64,000 nt of DNA, from assembly GCF_032444005.1 (NCBI RefSeq), contig NC_091286.1:34844001-34908000 (forward strand), read 5' to 3'. Both the position numbers and the translations under genes were made by a program. Numbering within the stretch: position 1 is the first letter of the stretch; each line of letters opens with the position of its first letter. This document shows positions 1 to 12,957 of the stretch, one piece after another. The notes beneath the pieces were generated by a model. That model was not told the DNA's origin. It searched no databases and saw only the letters and a program-made list of their open reading frames with translations. The stretch comes from Ranitomeya imitator. Lineage: Eukaryota.

Positions 1-73
1 GCAAACTCACAGCACAAAGTGAAAAAATAAAATAAAATGGTGAAAGGTAATGAGCATTGGGACACCATCTTAC

Positions 74-214
74 CATAGCTGATCAGCAGCAGCACGAAGG
101 GGACGTTCTTGAAGAGATTGATTATGGATTTCTTGTAGGAGTAATCCTCGGGAAGACAGCCCCGCACAAGAGCCTGAGACTGACTCGGTGGAAGCTTCGG
201 TTTCTCTTTAAAGA
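74..214 (-). CDS. FLVCR1: FLVCR1 (MFS choline/ethanolamine, heme-related transporter) exon 3
   Basis: tttcag| acceptor and G|gtaaga donor; 141 nt; phase 1 in and out; encodes [47 protein letters not shown], matching human exon 3 (FKEKPRYPPSQAQA...[24 protein letters not shown]). Confidence 0.95.
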
Positions 215-363
215 CTGAAATATAAAATCAGTCATTTGTCACGATATGTACAGAATTTTCACTCGCAGGAGCGACATGCGCCAAATTAAGACTTACTTTT
301 ACATTGCGGCTATATTTCTACACAAAGGTGTGCCTAATAATGCTACGCATGGTTCGGGTTGGT

Positions 364-403
<40 letters not shown>

Positions 404-1531
404 TTGCACGCTATCGGGCTAAAGCATGTCAATCTGTAATACATGAAATATGAATAGCAATACGGCTTTTCAATATTCAGAAATAATGAAGGAGACGCTT
501 TGCACAACTACACAACTTTGCACACTACTCCAAACTACTGCAAACCTGCTTATTATGACCCAAAAAAGCAAATTTGAGTCCCCCCTCCCCCCCCCAAAAA
601 AAAAAAAAAATAAAGAAAGAACAATCTCAGCAAATTCCGGCCAGATAGAAGACCCAGAGCATTTATGCTATCATGCAGGAAAATCTTTACTTTTGGGTGG
701 TCAAAATTGCTATCAGATTCCCTTTAATTTAAGGGAGTTAAAATTTGTTGTAATATAATATTTTTATTATTATTATTTTTATTATTATTAACAAAAAACA
801 AACAACAACAACGACAACACTTCAATAAATTGCAAATGATGAATCGGAGGCCACAGTTTCTTCCTGGCCAGATGTAATGTGAGCGCTGCAGCTGATCAGT
901 GACCGTTGATTGGCTGCAGCGCTTAAGTGCTGCTCCCGCTGGATGTTCATCCCTACAGACTAGCAGGGGATGCAGAACTAAATACGGAGGAGCGGTGTCA
1001 AAAGGAGCGGAGTATTTTCTTTTAATTTTTATTTACCCCCCAAGGCAAGTTTTTAAGTTTTAGTGGACAACCCCTTTAAACTATCATTTTAAAACAGACA
1101 ATCTGGGGGGGAAAAAAAAAAAAAATTTAAGAGATTAAATTATCTTGGCCCCAGGATTGCAACATCCAGATATGAAACTACATCGCCTGCCATGATGAAA
1201 GCCTTCTTCTAAGGTATGGATGAAATATTTCCGATGTCGTCCACTAATAACTTATCAATAGCCATTAAGATCTGAGAAGCAGCACAAAGAGCTATAATCA
1301 CAGATAATGACAGATTAACCCGTACACACTGGATTATTCAACCCTCTGTCTTCCTCCGCCATGTATTCACCATCCAAAAGAAGGTCAGACATTTTTATCT
1401 CTAAAAGTCCAATGTTCCCAAGGAAATGATGAAGTTGGTAATGGGTAAATTACATAACCATTACGACTAGTACAGGGGCTTCACCTAAACTCACTAGGCC
1501 CCAAACACTACAAATCTGACCAGGTTTCCGA

Positions 1532-1896
1532 TAGCAACCAATCACAGCGCAGCTTTCATTGTACCAGAGCACTTCAAGAAATGAAAGCCGTGCTGTGATT
1601 GGTCGCTAACAGCAACAAGTCCAGATTTTCTTCATGAAAAGGAAAAAAGGCCTGGCCTGATTTGTCAAAATTTTCTTTCGCCCATAGGAACCAATAACAA
1701 GGCAGCTTTCATTTCTTGAACTGCGCTGGTATAATGAAAGCGGTGACTGGTTGTTATAGGAAACAAAGCCAGAATTTCTGTCAGTGCTGATGATCGGGGC
1801 CTAAAGTGTCATAGTACCCGTAGCAACCAATCACAGAGCACATTTCATTTTACCAGATGAGTTCAAGAAATGAAAGCTGCGCCGTCATTGGTTGCT
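1532..1896. repeat. Three ~70-77 bp imperfect hairpin units (AGCAACCAATCACAG...CTTTCATT / AATGAAAG...TGATTGGT)
   Basis: Self-complementary units at ~1532-1608, ~1689-1757 and ~1821-1896; probably MITE-derived. Confidence 0.6.
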
Positions 1897-3329
1897 TGGT
1901 TTAAAATAAAAAAAAAATAAAAAAAAAAAAAATAAAAAAAAAAAAAAAAAAAAATTACAACATTACAGGATAAATCCTCCCAAATTACACAAAATTGACC
2001 GCCAATAATCTCATTTTACCACTGTCCCTGAGTTATGGGCAGCTGTTTGTCTCAGTCCGTACATAGAAGAACCACTTCAGCCGTGCCGGTGTGTAGATTA
2101 TACAGAGTGGACTGGCCACTGGTGACATCGGGGGTCATCGTATTCCCGCAATGCCGCAGGGAGCAGCTAAAAGCGCTCTATAGTGCGAGACCCCACCAGA
2201 CAGCACCCTATGGCTCCAACATGGGGACCATATTTGGTATATTGGCAACAGCTGCTGGCTTCAGACTTCCTAGAGAAATGTCCACCCCTTCGTGAGCGCA
2301 CACTAATTAATTCAGACCCTGGAAACCTGTATTATGGGATGTATCATAGGACGGAACGTCTAAAACCTGGGGTAAAACCGTGAACACATTTTTATTCTAA
2401 AACACAATTAGCAAACTAACAACTGCATGGGATAGTCAGCACGTCAATGGAATCCAATATGGTGAAGTCACTTGACGCTCGGTGACTCACGGTTTCGCTT
2501 TCTCGACTTAGTCAGGGGGGCATCCTTTGAAGCAGCTGAAAGGGCAAAACCCTGCACAATGTTCCGACTACTCCGATTTATAGAGAATCATGTCATCCAT
2601 TTGAAGAGGAACATCGTAGCTGTTGGTGTTGAGAACAACTGCCAAGTGTAGAGTCGCAATCCAACATCTATCGTCAAGGACGCTACCCGATTAGAAATAA
2701 CGCTTTAGTACAAAAGCTGGTGGTCTGAGGGGGTCTTTTTTTTTTTTTAAAGCAATTCTAACTGCTAGTGTTGAGGGGTCCCAATTTAATTTCTTGTTTT
2801 ATATTGTATATTGGGGACTTCCTTGTGAACTTTCTGCTCCATCACAGGCCCGGATACACTATAATTTCACAGACTTTTATTGGGACTTTGTTCCCTTTTC
2901 TGCAATGTTCTTTTGCAGCGCTTCTTTATTGTGCTCTAATTATTTTATTATCCAAGTGTGTCCCGATCCAGCAGCATTGCCGATCTCCTCGTGTAGGTGA
3001 GCATTTACCATCGGGTACATAAAACTGATAACATCATGTAGCCAGCTGGCTGAATAGTGGCTTTTGGCCATGAACCAGCTCCATGTGACGTGACCTCTGA
3101 TACCGCACAGTAATCACGCTGCAATACATAACAGTTACAGGGGATCCGGCCTGTAGAGCCGTGTGTACATTGGGTTCGTTACAAGCAGAATTCCAGGACA
3201 AGTTCATGTAACTGAGAAAACTGCTTCACGGCGGCTGCGTGACACTTCAGTAATGTTACCCTGCAGGTCTCATCTTGGATCACTGCCAAGGCGCTCCCAG
3301 ACCTCCATTGATCAAGCCTTCTGACGTGT

Positions 3330-4050
3330 CACACAGGTTCCTAATGTGGGAGGACAATGACGACATTGTGTCCTCTCTATCACAAACTAAAAGTTTCCCC
3401 TCTACCAACTGTCCTAATCCCGATATTCCCTTGTTCGTGTCGGCTGGTCAGCATGCACGCCGTCTTGGGATTACATCACACTCAGCCATTTCCTTTTCCA
3501 ATATCCAATCACTCACTCATGTCTCTGCAAATCCACATCTCCAGAATCTGTTCTTTTAGCATCGAACCTGCAAAAATGCTTACTAACGCTCCGGTTCATT
3601 CTCGCCCAATTACATCACCTTACTAATTGATCTACTGCTCACTAAACTCTCTCCTGTTTAATCCACTCTGAACTTAAGCAGCCACTATCACATTTCTGTC
3701 CAGCGTTCACACAGATGCCTCCACCCTGTGCCAGTCATTACACTGGTTGCCCATCCGCTATAGAGCACAATATAAACTTGTGAACTTCGCAGCCAAAGCT
3801 CTCCACATTACTGCGCTGTCCCATATCTCCGTCTACCACCCTATCCGACCTCTCCAGAGAGCTGCCGGGCCCCACATCTACATGTCTTTCTACCATCACA
3901 GCTGTGCTTTCCGCTCTGCCAGTGATCTAACATTAACATCCTTCGTAATCCTCCATCTCTACTTGCCAAGACGTCTCTTGTGCTGCATTAACTCTGGAAT
4001 GTGCTACCTGGCTATTCATATTAAATACCAATCAGACAAATAAATAAAAC
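3330..4050 (+). mobile_element. Degenerate L2-clade LINE, 3' part of ORF2
   Basis: QHARRLGIT, CQSLHWLPIRYRAQYKL and FRSASDLTLTS remnants of the L2 RT C-terminus, with frameshifts. Confidence 0.75.
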
Positions 4051-5466
4051 AAATAAACTACGTCTAGGCAGGCCCATCACATTTCTTGTCCATTTGTCAT
4101 CATTTTCTTCAGAATCTTATCCTTTCTATCACACACTACCCCATACAGCGCCTGATGAATGAGATTCATTCACACAAATCCAGGGGAGAGGGAAAAAAAG
4201 AAAAAAACAAAAACCTACGTTCTAATATTTCTGCATTGGCTACCTGTTAATCTTTAGTTGGTCTTGGTTAATAATTATTATTTCCTTGGTGACAAAAGTG
4301 TTCTCAATGACTTCTAGCGAGTCAGTGTTTATACACAGCAGGCAAATCGTGAATAAGTAGTAGTGTAAAGAATGGTGGATAGACCGAGCTGTAACGAGAC
4401 AGGAGGCAGATTACAGTCTCCACATGTTTTAAAAGTCAATGCGGCCATTCAGTAGTCAAGGATAACAGCCGTGCTCTGAGGGTCCGGGAGCTAGAAACTC
4501 CAAGGATTGGATATAAAAAATAAATAAATAAAAACACACACACACACACACACACTATAACTCTCCCATAGAAGTGAATAGACAGATGGCTGCTGGAGAG
4601 CCAGTGACGATGGCTGCTATGAGGCTGGCATTATGGACAATCACATCAATAGGAAACTGCAAAGAGCAGTTCTGCATAGAGCTCCATAACCTGGAGTACA
4701 AGACTATAGATCAGGAACAAGAACCTATGACCCTTTCCCCATTTTGGCTCTGCCGGTGACTCAGATTCCAACTTTTATAAGAGTCGGCATGTTCTCTTAA
4801 TTATAAAGCCTTCCCTGGATGGAATCGGCTGATTTGGTGAAAGGAGCGGAGCCGTCACCTACATTACGGCGGTTTATGTGCTTCTAAACCATTATATAGT
4901 TTTCCACCATTACATTGACGCTCTCGTTAAATAAGTCGTGTCGGGTCACATGGCATCAAAGTAATGAATACAATATAATAGGTCACAATGTAATAAAGTA
5001 TAAACCATGAGCTGCCGCACAGAGAATAATGGGGGATAAAAACGGTGCCTGCTGGCATCAAGGAAAGGATTCTTAACCCCAGGGGAAAACAAAACAAAAT
5101 ATAAAAACACATATCATATCCTTTTAGCGAATGAATTAAGGATGTGTTTAATGCGCTGCACATAATCGTTACTGCTTACTAGAGGAAAAGAGGCGTCTGA
5201 TGCTGGAGCCACATAAGCCCACAAAAGCCTCGCTGGGATCTCGTCCAGTTTTCACATCGCATCTTAATGTGGACACGGGTGACATGAAGGTAAGACGTCC
5301 CATCACCCACCCTACACAGAAGCAGCTTAAGTGGAGACAGAATGGATGGGGCTGATCTGGCCAATTTAGGGGGGACCAACTGATCATATAACAGATACAT
5401 GGGGCAGGTGTGCGGGGGAGGGTCACTGACTGCAATAGGAAACAAAAACAGTCCAAGGACTATAAA

Positions 5467-5743
5467 GCAGCACGGTGGTGCAGTGGATAGCACTGCAGCC
5501 TTGCAGCGCTGGGGTCATGGGTTCTAATCCCACTCAGGACAACATCTGCAAAGAGTTTGTATGTTCTCTCCGTGTTTGCGTGGGTTTCCTCCGGGCACTC
5601 CAGTTTCCTCCCACATTCCAAAGACATACTGATAGGGATTCTAGATTGTGAGCCCCATCGGGGACAGTGATGATAATGTGTGCAAACTGTAAAGCGCTGC
5701 GGAATATGTTAGCGCTATATAAAAATAAAGATTATTATTATTA
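5467..5743 (+). mobile_element. tRNA-derived V-SINE-type element
   Basis: A box TGGTGCAGTGG and B box GGTTCTAATCC; V-domain-like core (gagtttgtatgttctctccgtgtttgcgtgggtttcctccggg); L2-like tail ending aataaag(att)n. Confidence 0.85.
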
Positions 5744-6232
5744 TAAAAATGGCAGACAGCAGGGACGAACATAATCTAGAAGTTCCATAGTAAAGGTCCA
5801 AATCATGCGCCCAGGCTACAACAGCCAATCGGATTGCTGTGGGAACCCAATGAGGGTCACATAGGGGGACACTGATGCTGTGATTGTTGTTCACTGCAGC
5901 ATCTAAGGGGTTAAACTGCGATGACCAGAGGCAGCTCCAATTAGCAGATGGGCATCTGCTGTGTAAAACAGCGGCCAGGAATGGAGCGGCCTCAGCACAT
6001 GAGCCCGCTACATACAACTTCTGCCGTACATATATGGCAGTTGTCGGGAGATGCGGGCGGACACTGGCAAAGATCGTTCACCATCCAGTCCCCTATAGCG
6101 GTCGCGTGGTCTGCTGCCACTGACCGGCTTATAGGACTTGGCCAAGATGCTGAAGACGTCAAGAGCTTGGAGAAGACTCAGGAGCACAGTCAGGTCTGGA
6201 GTTTATACTATGGAGGACGCGCTCATACTCAC

Positions 6233-6374
6233 CGGCGATCGTCAGGATGAACAGGAGCGTGGACACCGCAGCAGTGCCGTAGAACATGATGCTGATGTTA
6301 TGTGCCGTCACGTGATAGTCTTCTGACCTCGGAACCAGCACGGGAGGGAGAAGGAACCCGATGGCCACGCCGAA
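6233..6374 (-). CDS. FLVCR1: FLVCR1 exon 2
   Basis: ctccacag| acceptor and G|gtgagt donor; 142 nt; encodes [47 protein letters not shown]; phases fit exons 1 and 3. Confidence 0.95.
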
Positions 6375-7430
6375 CTGTGGAGCAAAGAGAAGAGCCTGTA
6401 ACTGCAGCGCCATTATCCATCCAATGACATTAATGTGCAGTATAATGAGGCAATATCCCCGGAGATTTCACCATCGTATTAGCACCCGCTGATCCTGCAC
6501 TAAGTGCCATCCACAGAACATCCTACAATGAGATTGTGGACGTCACGCGCCCCTCTCCTGAGCCACAAGTATTTATACAGGGAGGAGACGGCTCCTCTGT
6601 TCTCACATCATTAGGCGGCATTTCCACTGAGATGATACTTTATAGTTCATAGAGAATGTAGCAAGAGATCCACATATATCGGCCCCTGGTCACCATCTGG
6701 GTGGTTTATGTTACATTTTTTTTATCAAAATGGCATATGATCAATTTGGTGCAATTACTAAGATGATTTTTCCCCCCCTTTTGCTTTATTTGCATTTTCA
6801 GAGTAAAAAGTAGAAATTTCAAGTGTTAGCCTTCAACTAAGGAAAGAAAAAAATAAATAAAAATTAAGACAGATTTTTGTTTCTACAATTGTGCAAAAAC
6901 TGTGGCGACACATCTCAGTAATGAATTAGTCACCAACATCTGGATAATGAAAACCATAGCGTAAAAGTGTCGCATGAGTCTTGAGTAAATTTGGCAAAAA
7001 AAATAAACAAAAAAAAACAAAAAACAAACTTGCACTACCAAAAATGAAAAAAACAAAACAAAACAGAAAGCATGATAAAATAGGTGCCCCAGAATGTGAG
7101 GTGGGGGGGTGTCACTATCTAGAGCGGGGGGCTCTGGGTATGGAGTTTTTCTCTACGGTCTTCTTTCCCATGCTAAGCTTTCGGCGATTTCTTGATGTTG
7201 CAGATTTCCTGCACCCAATAAGTAAAATCTGTTACTTGATTTTTTTTGCGAACATACGCAGCGTAAAAAAAAGTCACCATAACTTATTGTGGGAACGTAG
7301 CCTTATAGAAATTAGAATGCAGACAAAAAAAAAAAAAACCCAACCAATAAGTAGTTTTTGTCTCTTGAATTCTTTCCTCTCAATGTATTCCTAGGGACTG
7401 TTACACTACACAAGTGTGTGCCAGATGTGA

Positions 7431-7724
7431 AGGGGTTACCCAACTAAGAGCTCGGGGGGGGACTGAGAATCAGTCAGTGAGCTCATTCAGATTCAATTAT
7501 TGGGGTTTATAACCCTTTCCGCTCTCTTTCTGATTTCCTCTCAGTGGATTTATAACAACTGCCCACATCAAAGTTGGATGTGCAAGAACTTAAACTTATA
7601 AAAAGGCAAAACTTTTTTTTTAACAAAACCCAAGTTACAGAACTGACATTTAAAGTCCCAAATACATGCATCAGTATTAAAGAAAAAAAAAGTTATTGTT
7701 GTCCCCAAAAGTTGGGAAACCCCT
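7431..7724. mobile_element. TTAA-type (T2/Kolobok-like) MITE
   Basis: Termini AGGGGTTACCCAACT ... AGTTGGGAAACCCCT|TTAA; left TSD degenerate. Confidence 0.55.
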
Positions 7725-8780
7725 TTAAGGAGATTTTATCACAAACAATGAATATAAATGTAGGATTTACGGGGTTCCAATAGCTGGGATCGAAGGATGG
7801 GGGTCCTTCTAGTCCTGAGGGAATGGCAGGTACAGAACTTATATCAGACAGGACAAAAGTCAAGTTCAGCGCCTTCACACTTGCACTTTTGTTACATTTG
7901 TTATTGTAACAAATACAATGAACCAATTCTGGAAATGTTTCCAGATCTTCTATTGAAGCCTATGGCAAAACCACAGGGGAACTTGACTCAACGCACGCAC
8001 TGTTACCCCAGTCACACACGCCAGGATCTAGGGTCCTGGAAGTGGAGATAACGAGCGCTGTCTGAAGAGGTTCTTACAGGAAGGAAGTCTCCAGGGTGTA
8101 TAATGGGACACATGTAATTAGAGCACTGTGTGCCACAAGGGGCCACATCCAGCCAAACTCCAGAAATTGGAGGTCAAAAACTTTACAACTTTCTTAAAAA
8201 TACTAAATTTTTGTAGAATTTTTACAGCCACTTATTTTTTTTTTGTGAACTGTGGGCTCTCGGGCTAACAACATTTTTTTTCCATGGGCGCATTTGCAAG
8301 ATGTGAAAAGAAATGCATCAAAAACATATTACTACATGTTAAACACAATCATTATGAGTATGACTAAACAACAACAAAAATAAATAAGAAAACACAGAAG
8401 CTATTGGTGGACTCCAATGATCCACAGCGAGAATACCTGACCGTACTATAATGATCCCCGGCTCAGAGGGACCCGCAGCCGAGAACATAAATGAAGGACC
8501 CATTTCTATATCCATGCGGAAGGATGGGGGGGGGGGGGGGGGGGTCACACTGTAAAACAGGTAGTTGACCGCTAAAACTTTAGTATAGATCTAGAATTTA
8601 CGCCTCTCCGACTGTGGTTACACTACAACTCCCAGCATGCTGAGCAGTGTAGTCTCGCAACAGCTGGAGTCATAGGTCGTGTGAAGATGTGATATTTGGG
8701 GAGCAGAAGCTGGGACCCTATTTATTCTGTTAGCAGTCCTGCTGGGGGTCTGCAGTTGTATTTCACCCTGGAGCTGACCT

Positions 8781-8898
8781 GGGGGCCACAAGTGACGGCA
8801 CGACCCGGGGGGAAATTGGGCGCAGGTTGAGGGGGCCACAAGTGACGGCACGACCCGGGGGGAAATTGGGCGCAGGTTGAGGGGGCCACAAGTGACGG
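8781..8898. repeat. 50-bp tandem repeat, ~2.4 copies
   Basis: gggggccacaagtgacgg recurs at 8781, 8831 and 8881. Confidence 0.9.
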
Positions 8899-10887
8899 GT
8901 ACCACCAGTAGTATCAGCACCCGGCTGCCCCCCACCCCCCCCCCGCAGTAGTATCAGCCCCCGGCTGCCCCCCACCCGCCCCCCGCAGTAGTATCAGCCC
9001 CCGGCTGCCCCCCACCCGCCCCCCGCAGTAGTATCAGCCCCCGGCTGCCCCCCACCCGCCCCCCGCAGTAGTATCAGCCCCCGGCTGCCCCCCACCCGCC
9101 CCCCGCAGTAGTATCAGCCCCCGGCTGCCCTCTGCCCCCCGCAGTAGTATCAGCCCCCGGCTGCCCTCTGCCCCCCGCAGTAGTATCAGCCCCCGGCTGC
9201 CCTCTGCCCCCCGCAGTAGTATCAGCCCCCGGCTGCCCTCTGCCCCCCGCAGTAGTATCAGCCCCCGGCTGCCCTCTGCCCCCCGCAGTAGTATCAGCCC
9301 CCGGCTGCCCTCTGCCCCCCGCAGTAGTATCAGCCCCCGGCTGCCCTCTGCCCCCCGCAGTAGTATCAGCCCCCGGCTGCCCTCTGCCCCCCGCAGTAGT
9401 ATCAGCCCCCGGCTGCCCTCTGCCCCCCGCAGTAGTATCAGCCCCCGGCTGCCCTCTGCCCCCCGCAGTAGTATCAGCCCCCGGCTGCCCTCTGCCCCCC
9501 GCAGTAGTATCAGCCCCCGGCTGCCCTCTGCCCCCCGCAGTAGTATCAGCACCCGGCTGCCCTCTGCCCCCCGCAGTAGTATCAGCACCCGGCTGCCCTC
9601 TGCCCCCCGCAGTAGTATCAGCACCCGGCTGCCCTCTGCCCCCCGCAGTATCAGTACCCGGTTGCCCTCTGCCCCCCGCAGTATCAGTACCCGGCTGCCC
9701 TCTGCCCCCCGCAGTATCAGTACCCGGCTGCCCTCTGCCCCCCGCAGTAGTATCAGTACCCGGCTGCCCTCTGCCCCCCCGCAGTAGTATCAGTACCCGG
9801 CTGCCCTCTGCCCCCCGCAGTAGTATCAGTACCCGGTTGCCCTCTGCCCCCCGCAGTAGTATCAGTACCCGGTTGCCCTCTGCCCCCCGCAGTATCAGTA
9901 ACCGGCTGCCCTCTGCCCCCCGCAGTATCAGTACCCGGCTGCCCTCTGCCCCCCGCAGTAGTATCAGTACCCGGCTGCCCTCTGCCCCCCGCAGTAGTAT
10001 CAGTACCCGGCTGCCCTCTGCCCCCCGCAGTAGTATCAGTACCCGGTTGCCCTCTGCCCCCCGCAGTATCAGTACCCGGCTGCCCTCTGCCCCCCGCAGT
10101 ATCAGTACCCGGCTGCCCTCTGCCCCCCGCAGTAGTATCAGTACCCGGTTGCCCTCTGCCCCCCGCAGTATCAGTACCCGGCTGCCCTCTGCCCCCCGCA
10201 GTATCAGTACCCGGTTGCCCTCTGCCCCCCGCAGTATCAGTACCCGGCTGCCCTCTGCCCCCCGCAGTATCAGTACCCGGCTGCCCTCTGCCCCCCGCAG
10301 TAGTATCAGTACCCGGCTGCCCTCTGCCCCCCCGCAGTAGTATCAGTACCCGGCTGCCCTCTGCCCCCCGCAGTAGTATCAGTACCCGGTTGCCCTCTGC
10401 CCCCCGCAGTAGTATCAGTACCCGGTTGCCCTCTGCCCCCCGCAGTAGTATCAGTACCCGGTTGCCCTCTGCCCCCCGCAGTATCAGTAACCGGCTGCCC
10501 TCTGCCCCCCGCAGTATCAGTACCCGGCTGCCCTCTGCCCCCCGCAGTAGTATCAGTACCCGGCTGCCCTCTGCCCCCCGCAGTAGTATCAGTACCCGGT
10601 TGCCCTCTGCCCCCCGCAGTAGTATCAGTACCCGGTTGCCCTCTGCCCCCCGCAGTAGTATCAGTACCCGGTTGCCCTCTGCCCCCCGCAGTAGTATCAG
10701 TACCCGGTTGCCCTCTGCCCCCCGCAGTATCAGTACCCGGCTGCCCTCTGCCCCCCGCAGTATCAGTACCCGGCTGCCCTCTGCCCCCCGCAGTAGTATC
10801 AGTACCCGGCTGCCCTCTGCCCCCCGCAGTAGTATCAGTACCCGGCTGCCCTCTGCCCCCCGCAGTAGTATCAGTACCTGGTTGCCC
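8899..10887 (-). repeat. 33/36-bp minisatellite spanning the FLVCR1 exon1/intron1 junction (~55 units)
   Basis: Unit (minus strand) GTACTGATACTACTGCGGGGGGCAGAGGGCAGCCGG; distal units change to GTGC and then GGGC. Confidence 0.97.
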
Positions 10888-11507
10888 AGCACGGCGGTGG
10901 CACACGCAGTGGACACTTCCTTGGGACCGAACCACACGGACGCCACCTGGGAGGGCAGCCCGAGGATGAAGACCTGCGCCACCGAGCACACCACCTGGCC
11001 CAGCATGGTGACCGGGAAGAGGTCGGGCCGGGCGCTCGTGCACTTCACCCACGCCCCGAGGCAGTTGAGGCCGGAGCCCAGCAGCGCGGTGAGCCGCAGC
11101 CCCCGGGTGTCCAGCAGCCAGGTGGCCGGGAAGATGAGCGGGATGTAGGCCAGCATGTAGACCACGGACAGCCAGTCGATGTCCTGGTTGGAGACGCCGT
11201 AGAAGCCGGTGAAGATGGAGGCGAGGATGCTGTACTGGATCCACTGGAAGGCGTTCACCAGCGAGTAGAGCGAGAACACGGCCAGCACCAGGAAGCGCCG
11301 CCCGTACAGCCGGGTGTCCGGCACCGCCGCCGCCGCCGCCCCGGGGAGCATGGCTTGTGTCTCCTCCCGCACCGCCGGCTCCGTGCCGGGGCTCGCACAC
11401 ACCGTCACCACGGCGTCCCCGTCACTGCTCGGGCTGGCCAGGCCGTCCCCGCCGACCTCCTTCCCCAGTGGCAGCCCATTGTGGTGGGTCAGCTCTGTGG
11501 ACACCAT
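10878..11507 (-). CDS. FLVCR1: FLVCR1 exon 1 coding part (210 codons)
   Basis: ATG at 11507 in gcatcATGg context; encodes [29 protein letters not shown]...[15 protein letters not shown]; ends CAG|GTACTG at the same junction as human exon 1; CpG-rich. Confidence 0.95.
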
Positions 11508-11579
11508 GATGCCGGCTGTACAGAGAACCAGCGGGAAGTGTGCGCCTCCCGGGGCCCGGCCGGCGCAATGAGCGCAGAA

Positions 11580-11870
11580 CACTGACAGCTAGCACTAGTC
11601 ATCCCCACACGAATGAGCCGGCACCGAGCCGCCAATCAGGGAACAACGTGTCAACACTTCAGCCAATCAGATATTGACTTCGAGATGTTATGGCCACGCC
11701 CAGTTACCTGACTAGTATGACAGCTGATAAAGGACGCATAAAAGGGCGGGAAATAAAGGGACACGTGACATTTGGGTGGACAATTCTTGGAAGCAACCAC
11801 CAATCAAGTAACTGCTTTCATTTTTAAACCATCTGGCTTGAATGTGATTGGACAAATACGTCATCATTTA
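11580..11870 (-). promoter_or_regulatory. FLVCR1 proximal promoter
   Basis: Two CCAAT boxes 31 bp apart (11632, 11663), GC box GGGCGGG (11744), E-box CACGTGAC (11762), directly upstream of the CpG-rich exon 1. Confidence 0.6.
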
Positions 11871-12130
11871 TGCAAAAATGAAAAATATGAAAGCCAATCA
11901 AGTGACTGCTTTAATTTTTCAACCATTCTAATGGAAAAGATAGCTGAAATGTGATTGGTTGAGATATATATCTATCTATATCTATATATTATATATATAA
12001 TCGTTAATAGTGTTGAGCATTCCGATACTGCAAATATTCGCTGTATCGGAATTCCGATACCGAGTTCCGATACTTTTGCGATATCGGATACCGGAAACGG
12101 AAGTTCCCATAGTGCAATGATGCATTATAA

Positions 12131-12957
12131 GGTCGGCTTCACACGTCAGTGGCTCCGGTACGGGAGGTGACAGTTTCCTCACGTACCGGAGCCACTGACA
12201 CACGTAGACACATTAAAATCAATGCATCTGTGCAGATGTCATTGATTTTTTGCGGACCGTGTCTCCGTGTGCCAAACACGGAGACATGTCCGTGTTCGTG
12301 GGAGCGCACGGATTACACGGACCTATTAAAGTCAATGGGTCCGTGTAAAACACGTACCGCACACGGACGTCGTCCATGTGCAGTCCGTGTGCCGTGCAGG
12401 AGACAGCGCTACTGTAAGCGCTGTCCCCCCCACTGGTGCTGAATCCGCCATTCATATCTTCCCTGCAGCAGCGTTTGCTGTAGAGAAGATATGAATAATA
12501 GTGTGTAAAATCCAGATCCAGATTCCCCCCCCCCCCCCCCCCGCCCGCTGTGATTAAAATACTCACCCAGCTCCCGACTCCCTCGCTGCTTCCTGTCCTG
12601 GCCGCACCTTGTACTGTATGAGCAGTCACGTGGGGCCGCTCATTTACAGTAATGAATATGCGGCTCCACCTCTCACCTGGATCTGGATTTTACACACTAT
12701 TATTCATATCTTCTCTACAGCAAACGCTGCTGCAGGGAAGATATGAATGGGGCTTCAGCACGATGCAGGGGACAGCGCTAAACTTTAGCGCTGTCTCCGG
12801 CACGGTGCGTGTGGTACCCAGTGGGCACACGGGCGGAACACGTGTGCCGCACGTGTGCCACACTGATGTGCCACAGAAACGCACCGGCACACGGACACAG
12901 ATAATTCCGGTACCGATTTTTCTGGTACCGGAATTATTTGGACGTGTGAGACTGCCC
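12131..12957. mobile_element. PIF/Harbinger-like palindromic MITE nested in the hAT element
   Basis: TIRs GGTCGGCTTCACACGTC / GACGTGTGAGACTGCCC; TAA TSD on both sides; long internal inverted repeats (~12400-12520 versus ~12670-12800). Confidence 0.85.

Noticed and set aside
5467-5545. tRNA gene
   Set aside because: A/B boxes continue into a V-domain and L2-like tail, so this is a SINE head rather than a cloverleaf tRNA
9034-10340. ORFs of 167-196 aa ([11 protein letters not shown] / [12 protein letters not shown] repeats) and the 609-aa read-through ORF as standalone proteins
   Set aside because: Translations of the intron-1 minisatellite; the real FLVCR1 frame splices at 10878 in phase with exon 2
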